Shown: positions 46,306-54,079 of the stretch, in pieces | How the letters are laid out: the number at the start of each line of letters is the position of its first letter | How positions within the stretch are numbered: the first letter of the stretch is position 1 | Virus record (IMG/VR): IMGVR_UViG_3300048999_000082 | Span: 1 to 54,079 of that record | DNA: 54,079 bases | Strand: one strand, 5' to 3' | Origin: a virus | Lineage: Duplodnaviria; Caudoviricetes | Notes under the pieces: model-generated | Told to the model about the DNA's origin: nothing | Databases searched by the model: none | Seen by the model: the letters and a program-made list of their open reading frames with translations, nothing else | Program-made: the position numbers and the translations under genes

Positions 46306-48365
46306 GGTGCCACCCCCAACGCCGAAACAGCTACTTCTAACGTTCCGTTCCACACCGTGAACGCAGCGGACACTTCCACCGTGCCGTTATACACGGCTGC
46401 CGTTGTCGTACCGGCGACCGCGAACGTTTTGGTGCCGGTCACCCGTTCGACCATGTCATCGGCCGTAAATCCGTGATAGTCCACCTTGATTGTCGACCCG
46501 TTGTCTGTAACGTCTAACCGTACGAACTGGTGCTGATCCGCAACCGCATTCGCAGCCGGATAGATTCCCCCGGAATATACGCCGTTGCCGTGGTATGAAT
46601 CTTGGTGAATAGGTGAACACACGGCAACCGGGATGTTGAACGGTGTGTTAACACCACTGTCCCACCCGAGACAATGCAGGTCACCGTGAATAATTTGCAC
46701 ATTTTTACCGGCGAACATCGCACCGATCAACCCGCGCGCGGTCGCGTACGCTTCCATGGTGTCGTCACCCGCGAATGTCTGTGCTGTATTGTCTCCCCCG
46801 GTGTGTGGCCCATTCGACCACGCGCCGTCAAACGTGATGAGGTATAGCGCAGCATCATTCAATGCCAACGTGTCGGACAGCCACGTCATTTGTGTGGTGC
46901 CGAGTTTCGTTTTTGAGCTGTCATCCGTCGCTGCGATCGCAGAAGATTTCGATCGCGTATCAAGATGGATAACCCGTACGCGGCCAATCTTGTACGTCGT
47001 GTTCGCCGTGTCGGTTGCAGGCAATGTGTAGTTCGGAAAGTATTTCCGGTACGCCGAATGCCAGCCGATCGCTGCGGTACCGATCGAAACAGAATCACCG
47101 TTCGACGTGTTGAAGTCGTGGTCGGATGGCTGATAATCCAAAGGCACCGTGCGATACCACGCGTTTTGCTTCGGATAAGACAACGCGTTCATCCACGCGG
47201 ACAGATACAACGTTTCATCATTCGCCGCTGTACGCGTGTCATACTCCAGGTCACCAAGCATGAAATTACGCAACGGCCGGCGACCACCCACATACGTGGA
47301 TGCAGCGTGTGTGGACATCACGTCAAACGTACTGGCGTTGGAATTCACCTTTGCACACGACACCGGGATGATTGAGAACGATGCCGCAACGTCTACCGTG
47401 GGGTCGGTGTGGAATCGACCGATGGGGCCGGTCAATACCCCGCCAAGTTCCAGTTGGTACCAGTAGTCCGTGTCAGCCGTCAGTCCGGTTGCGTCGATCA
47501 TGCCCAATCCGTACGCGTCCGGGGTGGATGGCGCCCCAAAATACACCGGAGAGGTCATTGAGGACGACGTAGACACGCCAACCCGTACGGCGGTTGTTCC
47601 GTACACGTGATATCGAATCCGAGCCGCCACAGGCGTTATACGGCCCGATGTCATTGAGATTGTCCGCGCCACAAACGGCCCCGGCAACGTCGCCGTGTCG
47701 GTCATGACAAAATCGTCAATGTCCATTGTCGTGCTAATTGATCCAGTGATACCCGCACCAATAAATACGTAATCATCGGAGGCGCCAGTGGTGACATTCG
47801 CCGTGTGCACGTATGAGTTTGTTGGTGTAGTCGCATCCGCCGTGGCAAAATAATATGTCTCGATGGTTTGCGTAGTGCCGGCACCAAGGGTGATGTGTAT
47901 GTCAAATCTCACAATGGTGTTGAGAGGAACAATCGCTCCCGTATCCATTGACACACCTTGTACAGCACCGCCTTGGAACGTTCGAATGGTTCGAGACGTA
48001 TTCAAAGCCAATCGATACAACACATTAAAGGATGCATCGGTTACTGAAAAGACATCGGTTATCCCCCCGGGGTTAGCCGGTACAGACACATAAACCGAAT
48101 ACGTACGCTCATTGCCTGTTGGAGACCAACGGGGGTCAATTTTATTCACCCGAAGGTAATTATTATCAGCTGGACTACCATATACAAGACGCATCGTGGT
48201 AGAACCCTTGTGCGGAAGAGTTGTATCGAATTTTCGACTAAACCCAGTTTTTCCCGCAGTATTCAAGGTATTAACAAATGAGCCGGGCACCCCTCCGAAG
48301 CAAGTGTTGAGTTCTGAAATATCAACCCCACCCACACCTTGAAACCCATTCCACCACGTGGTCAC
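46302..48365 (-). CDS. phoD: PhoD-family metallophosphoesterase with N-terminal beta-sandwich domain
   Basis: GLTADTDYWY...GRFHT, SC, LGDLEY, SDHD, LDTRS, LG..Q..WL, HGDLH. Confidence 0.85.
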   Translation of the reverse strand: MTTWWNGFQGVGGVDISELNTCFGGVPGSFVNTLNTAGKTGFSRKFDTTLPHKGSTTMRLVYGSPADNNYLRVNKIDPRWSPTGNERTYSVYVSVPANPGGITDVFSVTDASFNVLYRLALNTSRTIRTFQGGAVQGVSMDTGAIVPLNTIVRFDIHITLGAGTTQTIETYYFATADATTPTNSYVHTANVTTGASDDYVFIGAGITGSISTTMDIDDFVMTDTATLPGPFVARTISMTSGRITPVAARIRYHVYGTTAVRVGVSTSSSMTSPVYFGAPSTPDAYGLGMIDATGLTADTDYWYQLELGGVLTGPIGRFHTDPTVDVAASFSIIPVSCAKVNSNASTFDVMSTHAASTYVGGRRPLRNFMLGDLEYDTRTAANDETLYLSAWMNALSYPKQNAWYRTVPLDYQPSDHDFNTSNGDSVSIGTAAIGWHSAYRKYFPNYTLPATDTANTTYKIGRVRVIHLDTRSKSSAIAATDDSSKTKLGTTQMTWLSDTLALNDAALYLITFDGAWSNGPHTGGDNTAQTFAGDDTMEAYATARGLIGAMFAGKNVQIIHGDLHCLGWDSGVNTPFNIPVAVCSPIHQDSYHGNGVYSGGIYPAANAVADQHQFVRLDVTDNGSTIKVDYHGFTADDMVERVTGTKTFAVAGTTTAAVYNGTVEVSAAFTVWNGTLEVAVSALGVAP

Positions 48366-48367
48366 GA

Positions 48368-48889
48368 TTACGCTCCATAAACAGTCGATCGGGCGATGAG
48401 CGTTCCCGATGGTGTGCCGCCTGGTACGGATGCGGTCGGTCCGAGACCCAAAATGCGCGGGATATTCACCTGCGTTGCGGCCAAATGCGCGGCAATGGCA
48501 TCGGCCACACCCGACACCGTTGCGTACATGGTGATGGGAGGTCCCGGTACAGCTGGGGTGAGCGACGAAAGGTCAACCGTGGGGAGCAAAGACGTGGGAA
48601 GAAGAATCGAGTATGTAGACCCGCCCGTGAAATTTTCCTTCACAGCGTACGCCAACCCCGATGACGGGGTGATGTCCGGGTCATCAGTGACCGGGAGAGC
48701 CACGGAGAAGTGCCCGGACCCGTCCAACGTCGCGGATATGACCGTGGGAATAACAATCACGTCACCGGTCGCGTCAACGGCACGCAGGTTGAGCGTAAAA
48801 TCAACGGTGCCGGATATCGCCGCACCCACCAGGTTTTTGTACGTACCAGTCAACGTGATAGTTGACCATTCAGGCGTTGGTGCGGGCAT
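48368..48889 (-). CDS. probable neck/collar appendage base protein
   Basis: ITLTGTY...SGTV.F...LDGSG.FSV.LP.TDDPDITP; C-terminal LGP...VPGGTPSGTLIAR. Confidence 0.6.
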   Translation of the reverse strand: MPAPTPEWSTITLTGTYKNLVGAAISGTVDFTLNLRAVDATGDVIVIPTVISATLDGSGHFSVALPVTDDPDITPSSGLAYAVKENFTGGSTYSILLPTSLLPTVDLSSLTPAVPGPPITMYATVSGVADAIAAHLAATQVNIPRILGLGPTASVPGGTPSGTLIARSTVYGA

Positions 48890-48891
48890 TA

Positions 48892-49209
48892 TTACAACCT
48901 CTCAATTGCACGGGTGCGTGACGGCCGGGAGTATGGCGGGTTTTCCCCGCCCCCGTCACCAGATTGACCGGCCATAGCGAGCGCATTTTTGTATAGGTCT
49001 GACAACGCGCGAGACGATCCGGATTCAGACGTGGTGACAAGCGACGAATATTTGGCCGCTTTCCACAACCACACCTGACGTGCGACGAGGTCAAGGTCGC
49101 CGTCCTTTTCGTCAATCAATGTCATCAGTTGCAAATCCGAATAGGAAGAAGATCCGACCGGCTCATCCGTCCGATTCCGAATTTCGGTTACTTGATCAGG
49201 TGTGGCCAT
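48892..49209 (-). CDS. head-to-tail adaptor
   Basis: IR.RTDE...YSD, W..KAA, SESGSSR.LSDL. Confidence 0.75.
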   Translation of the reverse strand: MATPDQVTEIRNRTDEPVGSSSYSDLQLMTLIDEKDGDLDLVARQVWLWKAAKYSSLVTTSESGSSRALSDLYKNALAMAGQSGDGGGENPPYSRPSRTRAIERL

Positions 49210-49230
49210 GCCGAATCCCTTCCCACGGTA

Positions 49231-49533
49231 TTACGCGTCCGGATTGGTCGCGGCCTCTTCAGCGTCATTCGCGTCGAGTAGTGCGGCCAGATCGGCTTTC
49301 TTCGCCTTGGCGTCGAATTCGATCTCACGCGCGGCCAATTCTTCCTGCAACTGCGCGACGGTCCACTTGGAATATTCCGGAACCTCGTCGGTGTCATCGA
49401 CTGGCGCCGGCTCATCCGACGTGCGACCGTACGCGGCAACAACCGCATCGGCCTGGTACTTCATTCCACGTTCCACGAGATACGAATAATCGTCGTCGGA
49501 AAGCGGGGCCTGCATGTCAACAAAATGACCCAC
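49231..49533 (-). CDS. HeH/Rho-N-like domain protein
   Basis: YSKWTVAQLQEELAAREI...KKADL. Confidence 0.75.
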   Translation of the reverse strand: MGHFVDMQAPLSDDDYSYLVERGMKYQADAVVAAYGRTSDEPAPVDDTDEVPEYSKWTVAQLQEELAAREIEFDAKAKKADLAALLDANDAEEAATNPDA

Positions 49534-49557
49534 GGTTTTACCTTTCTCGATTGAATG

Positions 49558-49614
49558 AAAAGGTCCGGCCGATGACCTGCCGCTGCGTTTCCACACCCAG
49601 CCACCGACCGAACC
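49558..49614 (-). terminator. terminator after the capsid gene
   Basis: Minus strand GGTTCGGTCGGTGGCT...GGTCATCGGCCGGACC-TTTT with inner GAAA hairpin. Confidence 0.65.
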
Positions 49615-49624
49615 AATTCAGTGA

Positions 49625-50905
49625 TTACACGTATTCCGCAGGCGGCGCGTAAACGTCACCCGACGGACCGGCCGTGATCTTCATGACGACACCAGCACCG
49701 CGCTGACGGATACCGGTACCGAACCCACGACCCCAGTAAGAATCGATCAGCGGGTAATCCGCGTTACGACCCTTGATCAGCTTCAGCCCACGGAGCGACG
49801 CGTTGGCGTGCTCGCGGAAACCGATCGGGTTGGTCAGCCGATCCGGACCACCGGTAGCGAATCCAGCAAGGAAGCCCGGAGGTACGTAGTCGTCCGACAC
49901 AATCAGCCAGTCGCCGTACGAACCAACAACGTCGAGACCCTGGTACTTGTTGGCCGGCTGATTCACGCCCACACCAACAACCGGCGACGGGAGCAGAATG
50001 CCCGGCTGACCGACCGCAGGAATGAAGTCGTACGTAGCGACGGAGCCGTTGTACGTGGTCCCCGCCTTCCACGTGCGAATGCCCGCATTTTCCACCGGGT
50101 TTGTCAGCAGAACGAGCTGGTACCCATTGGTCCGCGAGTATCCGTGGTGGGTCAGCTGCAGCTGCATTCCCTCGATGTCAGCCGGCGCAAGCGCACCGTT
50201 CGACGCCATGTAGTGGTTGTGCGTTCCGTCGAACACGTTGGATTTGTACGACGGAGGAACCGTGCCATCGTTGTTGTAAAACTTATACACGGTGTACGGC
50301 TGCTTTTTGATGTTCGCGGTCAGGTTGGTGTTGTTGAACAGGGTTTTCATAACCTGCTTGAACACCAGACGGTTATCGGCATTGAGTGCCGAGTTCGCGA
50401 CCTGGTTGATCTGTCGAACATCAGCGTCCGCGAGGTATTGCCACGTGTAGCGACCCGCGAGGTCGTACCACTTGAACGTGTACGCCATCTGGAAGTAGTT
50501 CAGCGACGGACGGACGGACTGGGGAACGCCGAATTCCGACGCTTCCTCAAATTCATCCGAATCGCCCTGCGGAACTTCCTCGGTCGGGTCCGTCACGGAA
50601 TACGTGAGCAGATTGACGAGGGCATCCCGTTCGGCATTTTGCACCGCAGCGACCTGCTGCAGGGTAGCCCACAGTTCGTTCAGATCCCGACCATCAGTGG
50701 TCTGTGTGACGAGATCGGAATCCGAACTGATACCCTTGGCGCCACCCGCGACGTTCGGAATGAATCCAAGATCAGCCGGATTGACCAGCTCCATGAACGG
50801 GTGAGCCGCCTTGCGAGCGACGGGACCGTAGAAAACGTCCACGCCGAAAGCATCCCGCATCGCACGCCGCGTAAGGCGGGCCTGCAATTCCAATTGCTTT
50901 GACAT
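49625..50905 (-). CDS. major capsid protein (426 aa from MSKQ)
   Basis: AAAGGAGGG RBS; DGRDLNELW, FEEASEFGVP, HNHY, YPLIDSY..RGFGTG.RQRG. Confidence 0.9.
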   Translation of the reverse strand: MSKQLELQARLTRRAMRDAFGVDVFYGPVARKAAHPFMELVNPADLGFIPNVAGGAKGISSDSDLVTQTTDGRDLNELWATLQQVAAVQNAERDALVNLLTYSVTDPTEEVPQGDSDEFEEASEFGVPQSVRPSLNYFQMAYTFKWYDLAGRYTWQYLADADVRQINQVANSALNADNRLVFKQVMKTLFNNTNLTANIKKQPYTVYKFYNNDGTVPPSYKSNVFDGTHNHYMASNGALAPADIEGMQLQLTHHGYSRTNGYQLVLLTNPVENAGIRTWKAGTTYNGSVATYDFIPAVGQPGILLPSPVVGVGVNQPANKYQGLDVVGSYGDWLIVSDDYVPPGFLAGFATGGPDRLTNPIGFREHANASLRGLKLIKGRNADYPLIDSYWGRGFGTGIRQRGAGVVMKITAGPSGDVYAPPAEYV

Positions 50906-50918
50906 TGTTGACCCTCCT

Positions 50919-51350
50919 TTACGTGGTTGGTGTGGTAGCGCGGTCCAGACGCACGACAAGACGCGTGGCCTCAACCGTGAATCCAAGCGGCGTTCCCGTT
51001 GCAGTGGTAGAGAAGGTTCCGTCTGCAGCCACACCGAAATACCGGGTGCCTGCAGCCGCAGCAGATTGATTCTGCAGTGTGAAGTTGGCGATTTCACCGG
51101 AAGTCATAACGTCGATGATGTCACCCGCCGCCTGTGCCTGGGTCGGAACAAACACGCCAATGATTCCGGTAACACCGGCACCCTTGACCACGCGACCCGA
51201 AGAGTTCAGGCCGACCGCCCACACCTTACCCACGTCATTTCCGGCTTGTTCAACACCGGCCACCGGAGCGACATACGCCCAAGCGATGTTTGACGGGGCA
51301 CGGAAACCTCCAGTAAGTGGACCGTACTTATCATATCGAGCTGCACCCAC
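50919..51350 (-). CDS. capsid decoration / minor capsid protein
   Basis: ARYDKY.P..GGFRA, VGLNSSGRVV, GFTVEATRLVVR; position. Confidence 0.75.
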   Translation of the reverse strand: MGAARYDKYGPLTGGFRAPSNIAWAYVAPVAGVEQAGNDVGKVWAVGLNSSGRVVKGAGVTGIIGVFVPTQAQAAGDIIDVMTSGEIANFTLQNQSAAAAGTRYFGVAADGTFSTTATGTPLGFTVEATRLVVRLDRATTPTT

Positions 51351-51371
51351 GGGTTTTCACCCCTCCCTTTC

Positions 51372-51725
51372 TTAGCTGAATTGCGAACAGATGGCCACCA
51401 TGTACAACGTGTAAATGTGGCCAGCCTGCAATCCAGTAAATGAAATGCGGCCAGTGTCACCATCTACTCGTGACTTGGTAAACGAGGCGCCCAGGCCAAA
51501 TACATCAACGAGTGACGTATTAGTTGGGCAGTCGACATCGTTTGTTCGCGTTGTTCCCATCTGATTGGGGTCATCCCCGACCATTGCAGTTACCGATACC
51601 ACGGACATCGAAGCATTTGAAACTTCAGTCCCGGTGTAGGTTGCCGCAAAAGCAATGGAAGCTCCAGTCACAAGCATAACAACAGCCGAACCAACGATTA
51701 TCGCAAATCGTTTACTTAAACCCAT
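51372..51725 (-). CDS. putative exported protein with Sec-type signal peptide
   Basis: MGLSKR, hydrophobic core, AFA|A; CP...AIC; strong GGAGGAGG RBS. Confidence 0.7.
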   Translation of the reverse strand: MGLSKRFAIIVGSAVVMLVTGASIAFAATYTGTEVSNASMSVVSVTAMVGDDPNQMGTTRTNDVDCPTNTSLVDVFGLGASFTKSRVDGDTGRISFTGLQAGHIYTLYMVAICSQFS

Positions 51726-51775
51726 GTCTCACCTCCTCCCCGACATTCGACATGAATGGATGTGGTGATCTCCCG

Positions 51776-52513
51776 TTATCGCCTACCCAATGCGGGGAAA
51801 TCTTTGGCGAGCGCGGCGCGGTCGGGTTTCGTATTCCCGTCATCGCCCTTGCGCTTGCCATTCACGCTTGATCCACTCGCCGCTGTCGAGGAATCGGTTT
51901 CTTTAACGAGGTATTTCTTCGCGGCGGCCAACTTCTTGATGGCATTGGCCATGCCGCTGATTTTTCCCTCGTCATCTATTTCCAGATCCGACTTGTCCAT
52001 CAACGCGAATGCATCCGCTGGATCATTCCACGTGACAGACGTGTCGTTCAGGAAAGCATTTTGTAGCCGCGTTGACCGCAGCGATTCGAGCAGATCGGCG
52101 TGGGCCTTTTTCGCTTCGGCCGCTTCGTCGGTCGCCCGCTGTAGATCAGTCTTGTCCTTGTCGGCAATCGCCTTCAATTGCTTTTCAAGATCCGACGCAC
52201 GCTTGTCCGCTGCCCGCATGCGATTACGCACACGTTCCAGTTCGGAATCATCGTCGGTCTTTTTACCTTTGTCGTCACCGTCTTTATCACCATCATCGTC
52301 GGTGCCGTCTTTGTCGGCATCGCCATCACCGGTACCGCCAGTACCGGGGGGCGGATTTGCCGGGTCGCCACCAACCGGGGGCACCGAATCATCATCGGAC
52401 GCACCGGCAACCGGCCAGATGGGCAGGCCGCGCTTGGTGAATCCAAGTGCCACACCATACGTCGGGTGAACGGGGAGCGTTACGTCATCCACGGAATGAC
52501 CTTTCTTTTTCAT
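51776..52513 (-). CDS. capsid scaffolding protein
   Basis: GFTKRGLPIWPVAGA, acidic linker, coiled coil, KKYLV, FPAL terminus. Confidence 0.88.
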   Translation of the reverse strand: MKKKGHSVDDVTLPVHPTYGVALGFTKRGLPIWPVAGASDDDSVPPVGGDPANPPPGTGGTGDGDADKDGTDDDGDKDGDDKGKKTDDDSELERVRNRMRAADKRASDLEKQLKAIADKDKTDLQRATDEAAEAKKAHADLLESLRSTRLQNAFLNDTSVTWNDPADAFALMDKSDLEIDDEGKISGMANAIKKLAAAKKYLVKETDSSTAASGSSVNGKRKGDDGNTKPDRAALAKDFPALGRR

Positions 52514-53283
52514 GCCACTGACATGGGGTCCGCGACAAAGATTTCATCCAAGGTGCATAAGCACAATGGGTGTGGTTTATCCGGCACGTTCGACAGTTTG
52601 AACGTCCGGCCTGCATAATCGTTGCACGCGTCCGGGTGCGAATGTGATCCGCTCAATACCCAACGCATACCTTTAACCCACGGCCGTGATTGAGCCGCAA
52701 TTATCTGTGCATCGTGAAACGCATTACCCATCTCTGTTCTTGCCAACCGCAATGCAGCCGCCGACGCGCCACCGGGAGCGGTGGGGGAGATGAATTGATA
52801 CACAGATTTAGTCATTGTCTGCACCGATGAACCCCGGATGATGTGCGACCGGATCAACGCATCCAGTTTCCCGGACATCAGTGCATCGTTTTTGTAGATT
52901 CGTGATGACAGTTCACGAGGTAACGCGTTTGTCGCCACCGTACGTATACGGGCCTGTGCGGCCGTTTGCAGCGTCCGTACCCGTGCGGGGGTGGTTCGAC
53001 CCCATACCGCGCCGTCCAACGTGCGAGCGGACGCCTCCGCCGCTGTAGCCGCCGCTTGTCGACCCCGCACCATGGCGTCACGTACGCCAGATGACCACAG
53101 ATCGTGCTGTGATGATTTAATCGCTGCAATCGTGGACCGTAACCGCGCGACGCGCACCCGATCAGCCGTATCACCCAGTCTCCGTAGTTCACGACGTGCA
53201 TCCCGCGCGGTTTTTTCAAGGATCCGATTCAATTCAACGTCAGATTGCCGCTGAATTTTGAGGTAATCCGTAAGCGCGGTCAT
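52510..53283 (-). CDS. MuF-like minor head protein
   Basis: LRLARTE, W.LS.SH...D.C, KPHP.CLC. Confidence 0.85.
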   Translation of the reverse strand: MTALTDYLKIQRQSDVELNRILEKTARDARRELRRLGDTADRVRVARLRSTIAAIKSSQHDLWSSGVRDAMVRGRQAAATAAEASARTLDGAVWGRTTPARVRTLQTAAQARIRTVATNALPRELSSRIYKNDALMSGKLDALIRSHIIRGSSVQTMTKSVYQFISPTAPGGASAAALRLARTEMGNAFHDAQIIAAQSRPWVKGMRWVLSGSHSHPDACNDYAGRTFKLSNVPDKPHPLCLCTLDEIFVADPMSVA

Positions 53284-53549
53284 CCGTCATCGTCACCATC
53301 CCGTAACCGCTTGGACGTATACTCGGACAACCCGAGCAATGAATGCCACGATGATGTTTCTTTACCCATGAAACCGTAATTCGTGATCTTCTGCCCGTCA
53401 TCAGCGTATCGAATAGCCGCGATCGAACACAGCCAATCAATGGTAACCGAATCACCTGGTACGATATGACACACACGGGCGTAATTCTGAATCGCATCGT
53501 GTAATTGTTCTTCGGCTGCGGTTTCTTCCGGTGTTTGTTTATCCGCCAT
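53280..53549 (-). CDS. hypothetical protein
   Basis: Coupled between portal and MuF genes. Confidence 0.7.
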   Translation of the reverse strand: MADKQTPEETAAEEQLHDAIQNYARVCHIVPGDSVTIDWLCSIAAIRYADDGQKITNYGFMGKETSSWHSLLGLSEYTSKRLRDGDDDG

Positions 53550-53952
53550 TAGCGGTACCACCCGTCACGTCGGCCGCCGTACGTACCGCGAATGGATCTG
53601 CCGCACCGGCAAGCGCCGTTTGTTCTGCAGCGATCTGTGAATCCATGTCATCAGGAAACACATAACCCAATTTACGGGCTTCGCTACGATAATACGCGGC
53701 TGAAATAACGTGCCCTGCCAGCATGGTGTCCAGTTCGGCGAATTTAGCCGTCCGGTCAACAGGTACGGGGTCACCAATGGTCGGTGTGGCCACCACGTCA
53801 GTGAATGTAGTCTGTTCGTACGCCGGATACCAACCGTTGAGCAAATCGTAAAACATCTGCGCATGCTTTTCGATGATAATCTCGTTCTTTTCACCAGCCG
53901 CCGCATTGATGGGCGACAATTGAAGGGCCAACGCGATACCAGATTGAGCGAG
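53539..53952 (-). CDS. portal protein, 3' part
   Basis: Continues 1-1080; SGIALAL.L.P motif typical of portals. Confidence 0.88.
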   Translation of the reverse strand, partial: LAQSGIALALQLSPINAAAGEKNEIIIEKHAQMFYDLLNGWYPAYEQTTFTDVVATPTIGDPVPVDRTAKFAELDTMLAGHVISAAYYRSEARKLGYVFPDDMDSQIAAEQTALAGAADPFAVRTAADVTGGTANGG

Positions 53953-54079
53953 GGTCACATCTACCACACCAACCGCGACATCCGGTGTGGCGGCGGCTTC
54001 CTTCATCCGCGCCCACAGCCAGTTATTGTGTTCAATGTACGGACCGACCGTGCCCACACCTGTCACGCGATTAAATGAG
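53953..54079. repeat. second copy of the terminal overlap
   Basis: Identical to 1-127. Confidence 0.97.

Noticed and set aside
46302-48365. Secreted phosphate-scavenging auxiliary gene
   Set aside because: No Tat/Sec signal and embedded in the neck operon; disfavoured, not excluded
49808-50902. Long antisense ORFs (also 18521-19480, 6068-7000, 44377-45219, 51756-52469)
   Set aside because: Shadows of GC-rich genes on the opposite strand; no motifs or RBS

Overview
The window is a complete, circularly assembled genome of about 53,952 bp from a tailed (siphovirus-type) phage. Its gene content and SigA-type/leaderless promoters suggest an actinobacterial host (inference). Bases 1-127 are identical to 53953-54079, and this junction splits the portal gene. 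The minus strand carries terminase, portal, MuF-like protein, scaffold, capsid, head-tail, tail and lysis genes (3.5 kb through the junction down to 32.4 kb), a primase-helicase, and two blocks of small accessory genes (3.7-8.2 kb and 24.9-31.1 kb). The plus strand (11-24.7 kb) carries a SNF2 helicase, nucleotide-metabolism genes, a UDG-PolA fusion, a Cas4-like exonuclease, an AAA_24 ATPase, an SSB and a VRR-NUC nuclease. I found no integrase, tRNA or CRISPR array. Best candidates for novel biology: (1) a promoter-led pyrimidine-modification operon: dNMP kinase, all-alpha dNTP pyrophosphatase, two tandem thymidylate-synthase-fold proteins that both have the dCMP-type Asp, dCMP deaminase, and a PolA with a degenerate UDG domain, with no glycosyltransferase seen; (2) two TTGGTACCAA iteron clusters about 24 kb apart, a possible P4-like bipartite origin; (3) a PhoD phosphoesterase placed among the neck genes; (4) a promoter-defined sRNA of about 82 nt with an anti-Shine-Dalgarno loop; (5) an HMGA-like AT-hook protein; (6) a +1 UUU_CGU frameshift in the tail chaperone. 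All family assignments come from motifs read by eye; no database searches were run.
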